This document shows, piece by piece, positions 9,483-18,005 of a stretch of 62,319 bases of DNA. How positions within the stretch are numbered: position 1 is the first letter of the stretch; each line of letters begins with the position of its first letter. The DNA is from Actinomycetota bacterium (GTDB lineage Bacteria > Actinomycetota > Acidimicrobiia > Acidimicrobiales > VFJN01), in NCBI GenBank assembly GCA_046730015.1, contig JBKPHT010000139.1, positions 1-62,319 on the forward strand, read 5' to 3'. Both the position numbers and the translations under genes were made by a program. The notes under the pieces are model-generated. The model was not told where the DNA came from. It was given only the letters and a program-made list of their open reading frames with translations, and did no database searches.

Positions 9483-9514
9483 GGCCTATTTCTTCGCGGC
9501 GACCACGAACGACG
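9483..9514. repeat. Copy 2 of the 32-bp direct repeat; 3' end of the methyltransferase remnant
   Basis: Encodes ..SFVVAAKK* on the minus strand. Confidence 0.9.
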
Positions 9515-9920
9515 AGGTGTCGAGTCTGCCGGCCAGCTTCGTCCCGCTGAGGTGCTCCTTCTCCAGATCCGAGTCCGTCAGCAACGTGGTCGTCGTCCAC
9601 CCCGCCTCGGCGAGGAACGACGGTGCGTCCTCGGCTCGCAGCCGGAAGCGCAACGGCTCTCCGGCGCGCCCGTCGTAGATGCGGGTCAACCGGCGGGTGA
9701 TCGGCTGACGCTCGAATCCGCTCTCGAAGCTGACCGCCAGACGGCTGCCGGTCGTGGCGAGGGCGGCGAGCCGGGCGAACAGCGCTGCGACATCCTCCCT
9801 CGTCAAGTAGATGGTCAGACCCTCCACGGTGAAGGCGGTTGGGCTGTCGCGCGTACGGGTCGTTCACGACCCCCCAACCAGGTGAGATGCGCCCGGGCAA
9901 GTGCGACGTTCTGTGCTGAT
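9486..9920 (-). pseudogene. LCM/TIGR00027-like SAM-dependent methyltransferase remnant with an internal deletion
   Basis: N-terminal SAQNVALARAHLTW/VVNDPYAR abuts C-terminal PTAFTVEGLTIYL; the central SAM-binding region is absent. Confidence 0.6.
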
Positions 9921-9985
9921 CGGGAGACCCCAGTCCGTGTCGTTGCCGATGACCGTATCGAGGTTCCGCGCGGTGTTTCCGTGCG

Positions 9986-10564
9986 TCAGTCCTCCTGGCC
10001 GGCCCGAGGCGGCAGGGTCGGGTAGTCGACCATGGGATAGAGGCCGACAACGAACCCGTAGACCGTGTCGCCGGAGCGGGGGAGCTTGTCGAACTCGTGG
10101 ATCGCCCGCTCGATGCGGTCCCAGAACTCCGCCGCCCGTTCCTCGGGTATCCGGGCATGCCGGATGAAGGAGCGCATCTGGCCGGCATCGTACGCGGCCC
10201 CGGACTCCGTCACCGCCACCTCGAAGTCGTTGAAGTCCGGCGGAAGCGCGCCGCCGCGTCTGCCGAGACCGACGTAGAACATGCGCGCGGTGCGGCCGTA
10301 GTAGCGCTCGTCGATCGCCCTGACGCGCCTGGTCCGTACGACGCGCAGCAAGCCGGCGGCGGCCAACACGTTGACGTGGTGCGCGACGGTGCTCTTGGGG
10401 CGTTCGACCGCGCTGGCCAGCTCCGTCACGGTCGCGGCCCGCTCGTGCAGCAGGCCGAGGATGGTCGTACGCAGGGGATCGCTGATCGCCCGCACCTGTT
10501 CGGCGGTGGTGAGCTCGACGGTGTCGTCGAGGTCGTAGTCAGGAACCGGAGTATTGCTCGACAT
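9986..10564 (-). CDS. ArsR-like winged-helix regulator
   Basis: RAISDPLRTTILGLL, TVAHHVNVLAAAGLL, ERYYGRTA. Confidence 0.88.
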   Translation of the reverse strand: MSSNTPVPDYDLDDTVELTTAEQVRAISDPLRTTILGLLHERAATVTELASAVERPKSTVAHHVNVLAAAGLLRVVRTRRVRAIDERYYGRTARMFYVGLGRRGGALPPDFNDFEVAVTESGAAYDAGQMRSFIRHARIPEERAAEFWDRIERAIHEFDKLPRSGDTVYGFVVGLYPMVDYPTLPPRAGQED

Positions 10565-10632
10565 GATTGGAACAGACTAACATCGTCGTTTGTTCGGAGA
10601 ATTTGGATCAATGTCTCGGAAAGCGAGGGACC

Positions 10633-11211
10633 ATGGCCGAGCTTGTGCTGTACCACCACGCTCAGGGGCTGACCAAGGGGGTTGAAGCCTTCGCCGATGA
10701 GCTGCGCCGGGCGGGTCACACCGTCCACGTGCCGGACCTCTACGAGGGGCACAGCTTCGACACCCTGGACGAGGGGCTTGCCTACGCGAAGCGGACGGGC
10801 TTCGGCACGATCATGGAACGCGGCCTCACCGCGGTCGAGGGGCTCGGCGGTGCACTGGTCTACGCGGGGTTCTCGCTCGGCGTGATGCCGGCGCAACGGC
10901 TCGCCCAGACACGCGCCGGGGCCAGGGGAGCGCTGCTCCTCCACGCATGCGTCCCGGTGTCGGAGTTCGGCGAGGCCTGGCCAGCCGGCGTTCCCGTCCA
11001 GGTGCACGGCATGGACGCCGACCCGTTGTTCGCCGACGAGGGCGACCTCGACGCGGCACGCGCCCTGGTCGACTCCGCCGAGCAAGCTGAGCTGTTCCTC
11101 TATCCCGGGAAGGAGCATCTGTTCGTCGACTCCTCACTGCCGTCGTACGACCAGGACGCCGCTGCCCTTCTCACGCGCCGGGTGCTCGACTTCCTCGAGG
11201 GGATTCGCTGA
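10633..11211 (+). CDS. Dienelactone hydrolase family protein
   Basis: HHAQGLT, nucleophile elbow GFSLG, YPGKEHLF catalytic His. Confidence 0.9.
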   Translation: MAELVLYHHAQGLTKGVEAFADELRRAGHTVHVPDLYEGHSFDTLDEGLAYAKRTGFGTIMERGLTAVEGLGGALVYAGFSLGVMPAQRLAQTRAGARGALLLHACVPVSEFGEAWPAGVPVQVHGMDADPLFADEGDLDAARALVDSAEQAELFLYPGKEHLFVDSSLPSYDQDAAALLTRRVLDFLEGIR

Positions 11212-11366
11212 GAACGCGCCTGACGTTCGGGCACGCGAACGACCGGTTGGATCGGGCAAGCAACCTCAGGCATCGCGTCGGCGCTGAGATTCGGTGGAGG
11301 TGGTTTAGCCGAACACCTGCAACGGCTGAGGTCTGTCGCCCCGGTCGAGTCGGGCCCGGCACGCCG

Positions 11367-11398
11367 GCCCTGACGGTGATGGCGATCACCGTCAGGGC
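11367..11398. terminator. Intergenic 14-bp perfect hairpin
   Basis: gccctgacggtgat-ggcg-atcaccgtcagggc. Confidence 0.55.
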
Positions 11399-11434
11399 AG
11401 CGACGGGGCGCGCGTCGACCGACCCGCGGCGGGC

Positions 11435-11456
11435 TATACACTTAAACAAGTGGATA
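11435..11456. promoter_or_regulatory. Putative ArsR/SmtB operator overlapping the regulator start codon
   Basis: AT-rich 9-4-9 imperfect inverted repeat tatacactt-aaac-aagtggata. Confidence 0.6.
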
Positions 11457-11773
11457 CGCAGATAGACGGGGAGCCCGATGCGAGCGCGCTAGCGGCCGCG
11501 GTGGCGACCCTGAAGCTGCTCGCCGACGAGACGCGGTTGCGGATCGTGTGGAACCTGCTGCACGGCGAGCACAACGTCAACGAGCTCGCCGAGCACCTCG
11601 GGATGCAGCCCGCGGCGATCTCGCACCACCTGGCGAAGCTGCGGCTGGCGGGCGTGGTCCGGACGCGACGTGACGGCAATCGCATCTACTACGCGGCGCG
11701 TGACCGTCACATCGAAGGGCTCGTGGCCAAGGCCCTGCGGCCCGCCGACCACCGCGTCCCCCGAAGCGCATGA
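11450..11773 (+). CDS. ArsR/SmtB metalloregulator (KmtR-like)
   Basis: LLADETRLRI, NVNELA, ISHHLAKLRLAG..TRRDG..IYY. Confidence 0.9.
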   Translation: MDTQIDGEPDASALAAAVATLKLLADETRLRIVWNLLHGEHNVNELAEHLGMQPAAISHHLAKLRLAGVVRTRRDGNRIYYAARDRHIEGLVAKALRPADHRVPRSA

Positions 11774-12822
11774 CGGACCACACCGAGCCCGATCAGGGCG
11801 CGCAGCACCCTCACGGCGCTCACCATCGTCGCCACCGGGGCGGGATGCGCGGCGCCCTCCGTCACCTGTTCTCGTCGCACCGGCACGACCACGCCGGCAG
11901 CGTCGACGCCGCGGCGGCGGACGGCGAGGGCATGCGGGCCCTGGTCATCGGCCTGGGGGGCCTCGGTGCCACCGCGGCGCTCCAGGCCGTCGTGGTGGCG
12001 GTGTCCGGTTCGGTCGCCCTGCTCGCCGACACCGTCCACAACGTCTCGGACGCCCTCACCGCGCTGCCTCTCGGCGTCGCCTTCTGGCTGGGCCGGCGCC
12101 CGCCCGACCGGCGCCACCCCTACGGCTACGGCCGCGCCGAGGACCTCGCCGGCATCTTCATCGTCGCCATGATCGCCCTGTCCGCGGCCGTCGCCGCCTG
12201 GCAGGCCGCCGCCCGGCTCGTCGACCCGCAGACCGTCGCCGACCCGGGCTGGGTCGCGGCCGCCGGGCTCGTCGGCTTCGCCGGCAACGAGATCGTCGCC
12301 GCCTATCGCATCCGGGTCGGCCGCCGCATCGGCTCTGCGGCGCTCGTGGCGGACGGACTCCACGCCCGCACCGACGGCCTGACCTCGCTCGCCGTCCTCG
12401 CCGCTGCGCTCGGCACCATGGCCGGGTGGCGTCTGGCCGACCCCGTCGTCGGCCTCGCCATCTGCGCCGCGATCCTCAAGGTCCTCCACAGCGCCGCACG
12501 CGACATCTACCGGCGCCTCATGGACAGCGTCGACCCCGACCTCGTCGACCGTGTCGAGCACGAGCTCGACCAGGTCGAGGGAATCCGGGCCGTCGACCGG
12601 GTCCGCGTCCGCTGGATCGGCCACGAGCTCCACGCGGACGCGGACGTCGCCGTCGACCGCAGCCTCGACCTGGCCGCCACCCACGACATCCTCGAGGACG
12701 CGCGCCACCACCTCCTCCACAGCATCCCCCGCCTCACCGACGTCCTCCTGCACGCCAACCCCGCGGGCTGCCACGACGCCCACCAGCGTCTCCGGCACCA
12801 CGACCGCCACGCCGCGGCTTGA
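11770..12822 (+). CDS. Cation diffusion facilitator transporter
   Basis: His-rich N-terminus; ALLADTVHNVSD, HPYGYGRAE, ADGLHARTD; ATGA overlap with arsR. Confidence 0.95.
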   Translation: MTDHTEPDQGAQHPHGAHHRRHRGGMRGALRHLFSSHRHDHAGSVDAAAADGEGMRALVIGLGGLGATAALQAVVVAVSGSVALLADTVHNVSDALTALPLGVAFWLGRRPPDRRHPYGYGRAEDLAGIFIVAMIALSAAVAAWQAAARLVDPQTVADPGWVAAAGLVGFAGNEIVAAYRIRVGRRIGSAALVADGLHARTDGLTSLAVLAAALGTMAGWRLADPVVGLAICAAILKVLHSAARDIYRRLMDSVDPDLVDRVEHELDQVEGIRAVDRVRVRWIGHELHADADVAVDRSLDLAATHDILEDARHHLLHSIPRLTDVLLHANPAGCHDAHQRLRHHDRHAAA

Positions 12823-12845
12823 CGTCGACGACCCGGCGCGGCCGA

Positions 12846-13202
12846 CTACTCGCCCGTGAGCCCGTCCACCGACTCCCGGATGAGGTCGGCGTGGCCGTTG
12901 TGCCGCGCGTACTCCTCGATCATGTGCACCACGATCCAGCGCAGGCTGGGGGCCCGGCCGTCGGGCCACCTGCGCCGGGGCAGGCGCTCCAGGCCACCGT
13001 CGGCCAGCGCCTCCGCCACCCGGGCGCGGGACCGGTCCACGGCGTCCTGCCAGAGCGCCAGGAGCTCCTCGGGGGTGTCCTCGGCGGCCGAGTGCCAGTC
13101 CCAGTCGGGATCGGCGTCCCAGTCCACAGTGTCCCACGGCGGCGCCGGCTCCCGGCCGTCCAGCCACCGGGAGAACCAGTCGTCCTCGACGAGGGCGAGG
13201 TC
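12846..13202 (-). pseudogene. DinB/DUF664-family protein, N-terminally truncated
   Basis: LALVEDDWFSRW..SLRWIVVHMIEEYARHNGHADLIRE; no start or N-terminal third. Confidence 0.75.
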
Positions 13203-13483
13203 CTCGTCGACGCCCGAGCGGCGTGCGGGCCCGGGGCTTGACCACCGAGAGGACGGTCGCCAGCGCCAGCACGACGCGGTGGGCGGAGATCGGCCCCGGC
13301 ATCGCCGCCGGGACGCCCGTATCGAGGGCGCGGTTCATGGTGGGGGCGATGATCAGGACGTCGGTGGCCCTCGGGCTTGGCCCGCCTACCGCCCGGGGAG
13401 TACCCGGGCGCGGCGAGGGCCGGCCGCCCGCCGGCCGGCCCTCGTCCGTGCTCACCTCCGGCGCCCCGGGACGCCGGACCGGC

Positions 13484-13984
13484 TCAGCCGGTGAACGACG
13501 GGGCCTTCACCACCGGGGTGGCCGCAGGCGCCGTCTCGGGCTCGATGTTCCCCACCGCCGCGGCGGGCGGCTCCGGGGGAGCCGTCGTCGAGGTCGACTG
13601 GGCGGCACAGAAGTCGATGACGTGGTCGGCCCCGTTGTAGGGGTCGACGCCGTCGAAGGACAGGCCTTCGGCATCGACGAGCTCGATGCCGAGCCCCGAC
13701 GCGCCCTGCTTCACCACCGCCGTCAGCCGGTAGCGGCCCACGGCGGTCGCGCCCGCCTCGGCCGTGACCGGCACGTCCCCGATCTGCTCGCCGTCGTCCC
13801 AGATCTGGATGTGGTACTCGCCCGCGTCGGCGGCCGTGAAGGTGACCACGATGTCGCAGCCGTCGAGCGTGATGTCGACGATCTCGGTGATCGTCTCCTC
13901 CTGCGCACCCGCCGGCACCGCCAAACCCAACACCGCGCCGGCCGCCATGAGCGACGCGACGAGGCCCCCAAGGGTCCTGCTCAT
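13484..13984 (-). CDS. Secreted protein ending in a Pro/Ala linker and ..TPVVKAPSFTG
   Basis: AGGAG RBS; signal peptide ending AVPAGA; acidic beta-rich body. Confidence 0.8.
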   Translation of the reverse strand: MSRTLGGLVASLMAAGAVLGLAVPAGAQEETITEIVDITLDGCDIVVTFTAADAGEYHIQIWDDGEQIGDVPVTAEAGATAVGRYRLTAVVKQGASGLGIELVDAEGLSFDGVDPYNGADHVIDFCAAQSTSTTAPPEPPAAAVGNIEPETAPAATPVVKAPSFTG

Positions 13985-14244
13985 TCTCGATCTCCTGTCG
14001 TCAGGGTTGCCCAATACCCGAAGCCCGTCTCGAGCCCCGACGGCGGAGACGCTAGCCCGGCAACGCTCTGACCAGGCAATTTGTAGGTTAGTTGCGATAT
14101 GTTGGGCCACCCAGCGACCGGCCGCTCGGCGGACCGTGAGGATGTCCGGACGCTTCGTCGCCCTTCGTGACCGACCGTTCCGCCAGTCGTCCACCGCGTG
14201 GAGTGGCGCGACGATCACGCGCACCTGAGGACGAGGAGCGCGGC

Positions 14245-14484
14245 TCAGTGCTGCTCGGCCGGCCGGGTCCGGCGGGCGATCAGCCGGCCCAGCAGGCGCT
14301 CGGCCCGGCGGGCGCCCTCGCGGGTCCAGCGGGGATCGGAACGCAGCGACGGGCCCTCGGCGGTCGGCATGACCGTCACGCCCCGGGTGGTGTTCCGCAC
14401 CTGGCTCGGGGTCTGGGGGCGGCGAGGCGTCCGGTGAGCTGTGTGGGGGGATGCCTGGTCGACTGCGTCGTCGTCAGGCGGCAC
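14245..14484 (-). CDS. Small hypothetical protein (79 aa)
   Basis: GTG start about 20 nt after the stop of the preceding gene, co-directional; weak support. Confidence 0.35.
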   Translation of the reverse strand: MPPDDDAVDQASPHTAHRTPRRPQTPSQVRNTTRGVTVMPTAEGPSLRSDPRWTREGARRAERLLGRLIARRTRPAEQH

Positions 14485-14504
14485 CGCACCATGGTACGGC
14501 GGCG

Positions 14505-15959
14505 TCAGGGCTCGGGGGGCGGACGATCGGCCGCCGTCGCCGGCCGGACGAACGCCACCGTGAACGTCGCCGCGACCAGCCCGGCCACCACCGCCAGGGC
14601 GACCCACAGGGCCCGGCGGGCCTCCCCGGCCGGGCCCACCACCAGGCTGCCGGCTGCCACCAGCGGGAGGAGGGCGGCCACCGCGGCGAGCCGCCGGGGC
14701 CAGGCCAGGATGCGGGTGACGAGCGGGTGCTCCTCGATGCGGGCCACCAGCCCGCCCAGCGCGCCGACGATCGCCAGGATCACCGCCGCCACCAGCTCGG
14801 TCCGGGTGTCTGCCGGCACCGGGCCCGAGCCGGGCGGGGGGTCGACCTGGGCGGTGATCGTGTCGAGCCGCCAGGCCCCGATCGACAGCGTCAGCGCCCC
14901 GATCGTGGTGGCGAACCACGCCGCCCGCACCCAGCCCCGGCGGGCGGGCCGGAGCGACCAGCGGACCTCGGCGACGCCCCGGTCCTGGCCGGGCGCGCGG
15001 AGGGCGATGCGCAGGTGGTCCCCGGGGTCGACGTCGACGCAGGCCAGGTCGTCGGGGCCCGGCCCGACCCACAGGCTGGCCACCGGCACGTCGACCCCGG
15101 CCGGCAGGTCGGCCTCGAAGTGGTAGCTCTCGGTGGCGAACAGGCTCTCGGCGGCGGTGGCGGCCCGGCGGGGGATCCAGCACAGGGCGGCCAGAGGCGC
15201 CCGGGCGCCGCTCTCGGGCGCCAGCTCGCACAGCTCCTCGTAGGAGAACTTCACGATCCGCTGGGTCCCTGGCGGGTCGTCCACGAGCGTGATGAGGACG
15301 AACTGGTCGGTGAGCCGGTCGAGCACCAGCGAGAACACCCCGTCGGCCAGCAGGAGGTCGCGCTGGCCGCCGCCCGCCGCGAGCGCGGCCCGCCCGCCGG
15401 CGCGGTCGGCCTCCTCGCCGGTGACGCAGGCGGTGATCTGGGCGGCGACATCGGGGGTCAGGGACCCGCCGACGATCTCCTCGGCCCACACGGTCATCCC
15501 CCGCTGCACGAGGAGGCCCTGGTGCTCGCGGGTGAGGACCGGGAGGGCCGTGCCAGACTCGTCGCGGCAGTCGAAGTTGACCAGCGTCTCCTTGCACAGG
15601 GTCGTGAGCGGCACGAGCCGGAACCGGGCCTCGCTCACCCGGATGCTGGGCGCGGCCGAGGGCACGGTGAAGTGGACGCTCTGGCGGCGGCGGAAGGTGG
15701 TGTCGTCGCGGTACTCGAGGGCGTCGACCCGGCGGTGCACCCAGTCGGGGTGGGCGATGACCAGCCGGACCGTCGCCAGCCCGGCGACCTCGTCGCTGAG
15801 CGCGGCGGTCAGCTCGTCGCGAGGCCAGGGCGCCACCTCCTCGTCGTCGGGATCGCTCCCCTGAACCCGAGGCGATGGTGACCGGCCCCCGACCCGGATC
15901 GCCTCGGGAAGCGCCGAACGACCGCTGTCGCCTCGCGCCACCGGCGTCGTCTTCGTCAT
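14505..15959 (-). CDS. Hypothetical protein with a large soluble domain and about four C-terminal TM helices
   Basis: Long ORF with GC-rich codon usage; hydrophobic segments in the last ~130 aa; start uncertain. Confidence 0.7.
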   Translation of the reverse strand: MTKTTPVARGDSGRSALPEAIRVGGRSPSPRVQGSDPDDEEVAPWPRDELTAALSDEVAGLATVRLVIAHPDWVHRRVDALEYRDDTTFRRRQSVHFTVPSAAPSIRVSEARFRLVPLTTLCKETLVNFDCRDESGTALPVLTREHQGLLVQRGMTVWAEEIVGGSLTPDVAAQITACVTGEEADRAGGRAALAAGGGQRDLLLADGVFSLVLDRLTDQFVLITLVDDPPGTQRIVKFSYEELCELAPESGARAPLAALCWIPRRAATAAESLFATESYHFEADLPAGVDVPVASLWVGPGPDDLACVDVDPGDHLRIALRAPGQDRGVAEVRWSLRPARRGWVRAAWFATTIGALTLSIGAWRLDTITAQVDPPPGSGPVPADTRTELVAAVILAIVGALGGLVARIEEHPLVTRILAWPRRLAAVAALLPLVAAGSLVVGPAGEARRALWVALAVVAGLVAATFTVAFVRPATAADRPPPEP

Positions 15960-16005
15960 CTCGTCGGCAACGTAGCAACCAGCCGGGCCGCCACCCGGTC
16001 GCGCA

Positions 16006-16995
16006 CTAGCCCGGCACCGGACCGCCGGCGGAGGCGATGTCGGCCAGCACCACGTCCGGCGGGACCGAGCCGGGCGGCCGCGCCTCGGCCACCATCCGCC
16101 GGGCCCACCACTGGAGCCGCTCGTTGACCGGCGCGGCCATCCCGTGGAGGCGCGCGAGCAGCGCGATCTCCCCGTTGAGGTAGTCGCTCTCGATCGTCAT
16201 CGCGCCCCGGGCCAGGCTCTGCCACGACGAGCCGCCCTGCCGGCGGCGGCCCTCCACCGGCCGCAGGTTCAGGCGGTCGCCCCGGCGGGCCCGGTCCTCC
16301 GCGGCGGAGACGGAGTCGATGCCGGCGGCCGCCAGCACCGCCTCGCCCTCGGCCATGGCCAGGCCGGGCAGCGCGCTCGTCCGGCCGTCGGGGCCGCACA
16401 CCGCCTCGACGCTGTTGGCGAGGTTCATGAGCAGCTTGCGGTACTTCCACCGCATGATGTCCGACCGGGCCACCGAGTCGAACGTCGCTCCCGCCAGCGC
16501 CGCGGCCACCGCCTCGGCGGTGTCGTCGACGCCGTCCGGGTAGCGGCCGAGGTCGAGCAGGCCGGTGAGCGGGGTGGAGTTGGCGTCGACCGCCCCGGGA
16601 TGCAGGTGGGTCGCCGGCAGCATCACCGACATGGCGTACACGTCGGGGAGCACGCGGGCGGCCACCCGCTCGTTCTCCACCCCGTTCTGGGCGCAGACCA
16701 CCGGCACACCCTCGGGCGCGGCGCGGGCCAGGTCGTCGACCGCGGCGGCGGTGTGCTGGCTCTTCACGGCGAGGACGACGACGTCGCCGGGGCGGGGCGC
16801 GGCCTCGGCGGGGCTGCCGGCCGCGTCGATCCGCAGGACGGCGGTGCCCGCCGGCGAGCCGAGGGTCAGGCCGTCGCGCCGGAGGGCCGCCAGGTGGTCG
16901 CCCCGGGCGATGAGCGTGACGTCGTGGCCGGCCTCGTGGAGCCGGCCGCCGATCGTGCCACCCACCGCCCCGGCGCCGTAGATGATGAACCGCAT
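16006..16995 (-). CDS. Ketopantoate reductase (PanE/ApbA) family protein
   Basis: GAGAVG Rossmann motif, LAVKS, QNG, WKYRKL, SSWQS, E.DYLNGE. Confidence 0.92.
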   Translation of the reverse strand: MRFIIYGAGAVGGTIGGRLHEAGHDVTLIARGDHLAALRRDGLTLGSPAGTAVLRIDAAGSPAEAAPRPGDVVVLAVKSQHTAAAVDDLARAAPEGVPVVCAQNGVENERVAARVLPDVYAMSVMLPATHLHPGAVDANSTPLTGLLDLGRYPDGVDDTAEAVAAALAGATFDSVARSDIMRWKYRKLLMNLANSVEAVCGPDGRTSALPGLAMAEGEAVLAAAGIDSVSAAEDRARRGDRLNLRPVEGRRRQGGSSWQSLARGAMTIESDYLNGEIALLARLHGMAAPVNERLQWWARRMVAEARPPGSVPPDVVLADIASAGGPVPG

Positions 16996-17160
16996 CGCCC
17001 CAGACTGGCCGATGGCGGCGCCCGCCTTGCGGTTGTCGCCGCCGTCCGCGGCGACATCACGTCCGAGTGAGGAGTGCACCTGATCGACGCCAACGTGGCG
17101 ATGGGCGACATCGAGGCGTAGGTGACGGAGCAGGCCGCGGCGTACTCCGGCTGACCCGAC

Positions 17161-17556
17161 TCAGCCGGTGCCGGGCTCGACCCGGCGGCCCAGGACCACC
17201 TCGCGGGTCGGCACCCGCCACCCGACGTACCAGGTGCCCACGGCCCCGGCGGCGATCACCACGACCGCCAGCGGGGAGCCGAGGCGCCAGGCGCTGAGCG
17301 AGCAGGCGGCCAGCATCACGGCGATGGCCAGCACCTTGGCCCGGCGGGGCATCCCGAGGCCGGCCCGGTGGTCGCGCACCAGCGGCCCGATTTTGGGCAG
17401 GCCGAGCACCCACGCCTCGAACCGCGGGCTGGACCGGGCGAAGCAGGCCGCCGCCAGCACGAAGAACCCGGTGGTGGGCAGGCCCGGCACCACGATGCCG
17501 ACTGTGCCGAGCGCGACCGCGAGCCAGCCGACCGCGAGCAGGCCGGCTCGCCGCAC
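17161..17556 (-). CDS. YbaN/DUF454 membrane protein
   Basis: GIVVPGLPTT.F..LAA.CFARSSPRFE.W signature. Confidence 0.9.
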   Translation of the reverse strand: MRRAGLLAVGWLAVALGTVGIVVPGLPTTGFFVLAAACFARSSPRFEAWVLGLPKIGPLVRDHRAGLGMPRRAKVLAIAVMLAACSLSAWRLGSPLAVVVIAAGAVGTWYVGWRVPTREVVLGRRVEPGTG

Positions 17557-17561
17557 CGCCC

Positions 17562-17942
17562 CTACCCCAGCAGGCTGACGAGGTCCTCGGCCATCAGCAC
17601 CAGCAGCAGCGCGATGACCGTCAGGGCCACGGCCGTGTACGCCCACCGCCAGCGGTGGTCGGCGGCCCAGAAACGGCGGATCGTCAGCACGTTGCTCGCG
17701 ATGGCCACGATGCCGATGGGGATGCCGATCGCGGGCCCGACGCCGGCGGCGAGGCCAAGCGCCGGGGCGAGGAACGGCAGCACGACGTAGGTCAGCAGGC
17801 AGCGGGTGGCGGAGACGAGGATCGAGGTCGAGAACGCCCGCTGCGCGGCGCCCTCCGGAGCCGCGGGGCCGTCGGGGATGCGGAGGACGCGCCGCATGGC
17901 GGCGTCGGCGGCCGGGCGGGGGACGGTGGCCACGTTCTGCAC
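17562..17942 (-). CDS. Conserved hypothetical membrane protein
   Basis: AF..SILVSATRCLLTYVVLP and RRFW.ADHRWRW.Y; three TM helices. Confidence 0.75.
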   Translation of the reverse strand: MQNVATVPRPAADAAMRRVLRIPDGPAAPEGAAQRAFSTSILVSATRCLLTYVVLPFLAPALGLAAGVGPAIGIPIGIVAIASNVLTIRRFWAADHRWRWAYTAVALTVIALLLVLMAEDLVSLLG

Positions 17943-18005
17943 GCCTGCGAGGCTACGCCGCGGCCGGGCCCGGGACCCAAGCGGGCGGCCCGCCCGTGGC
18001 GCCGG

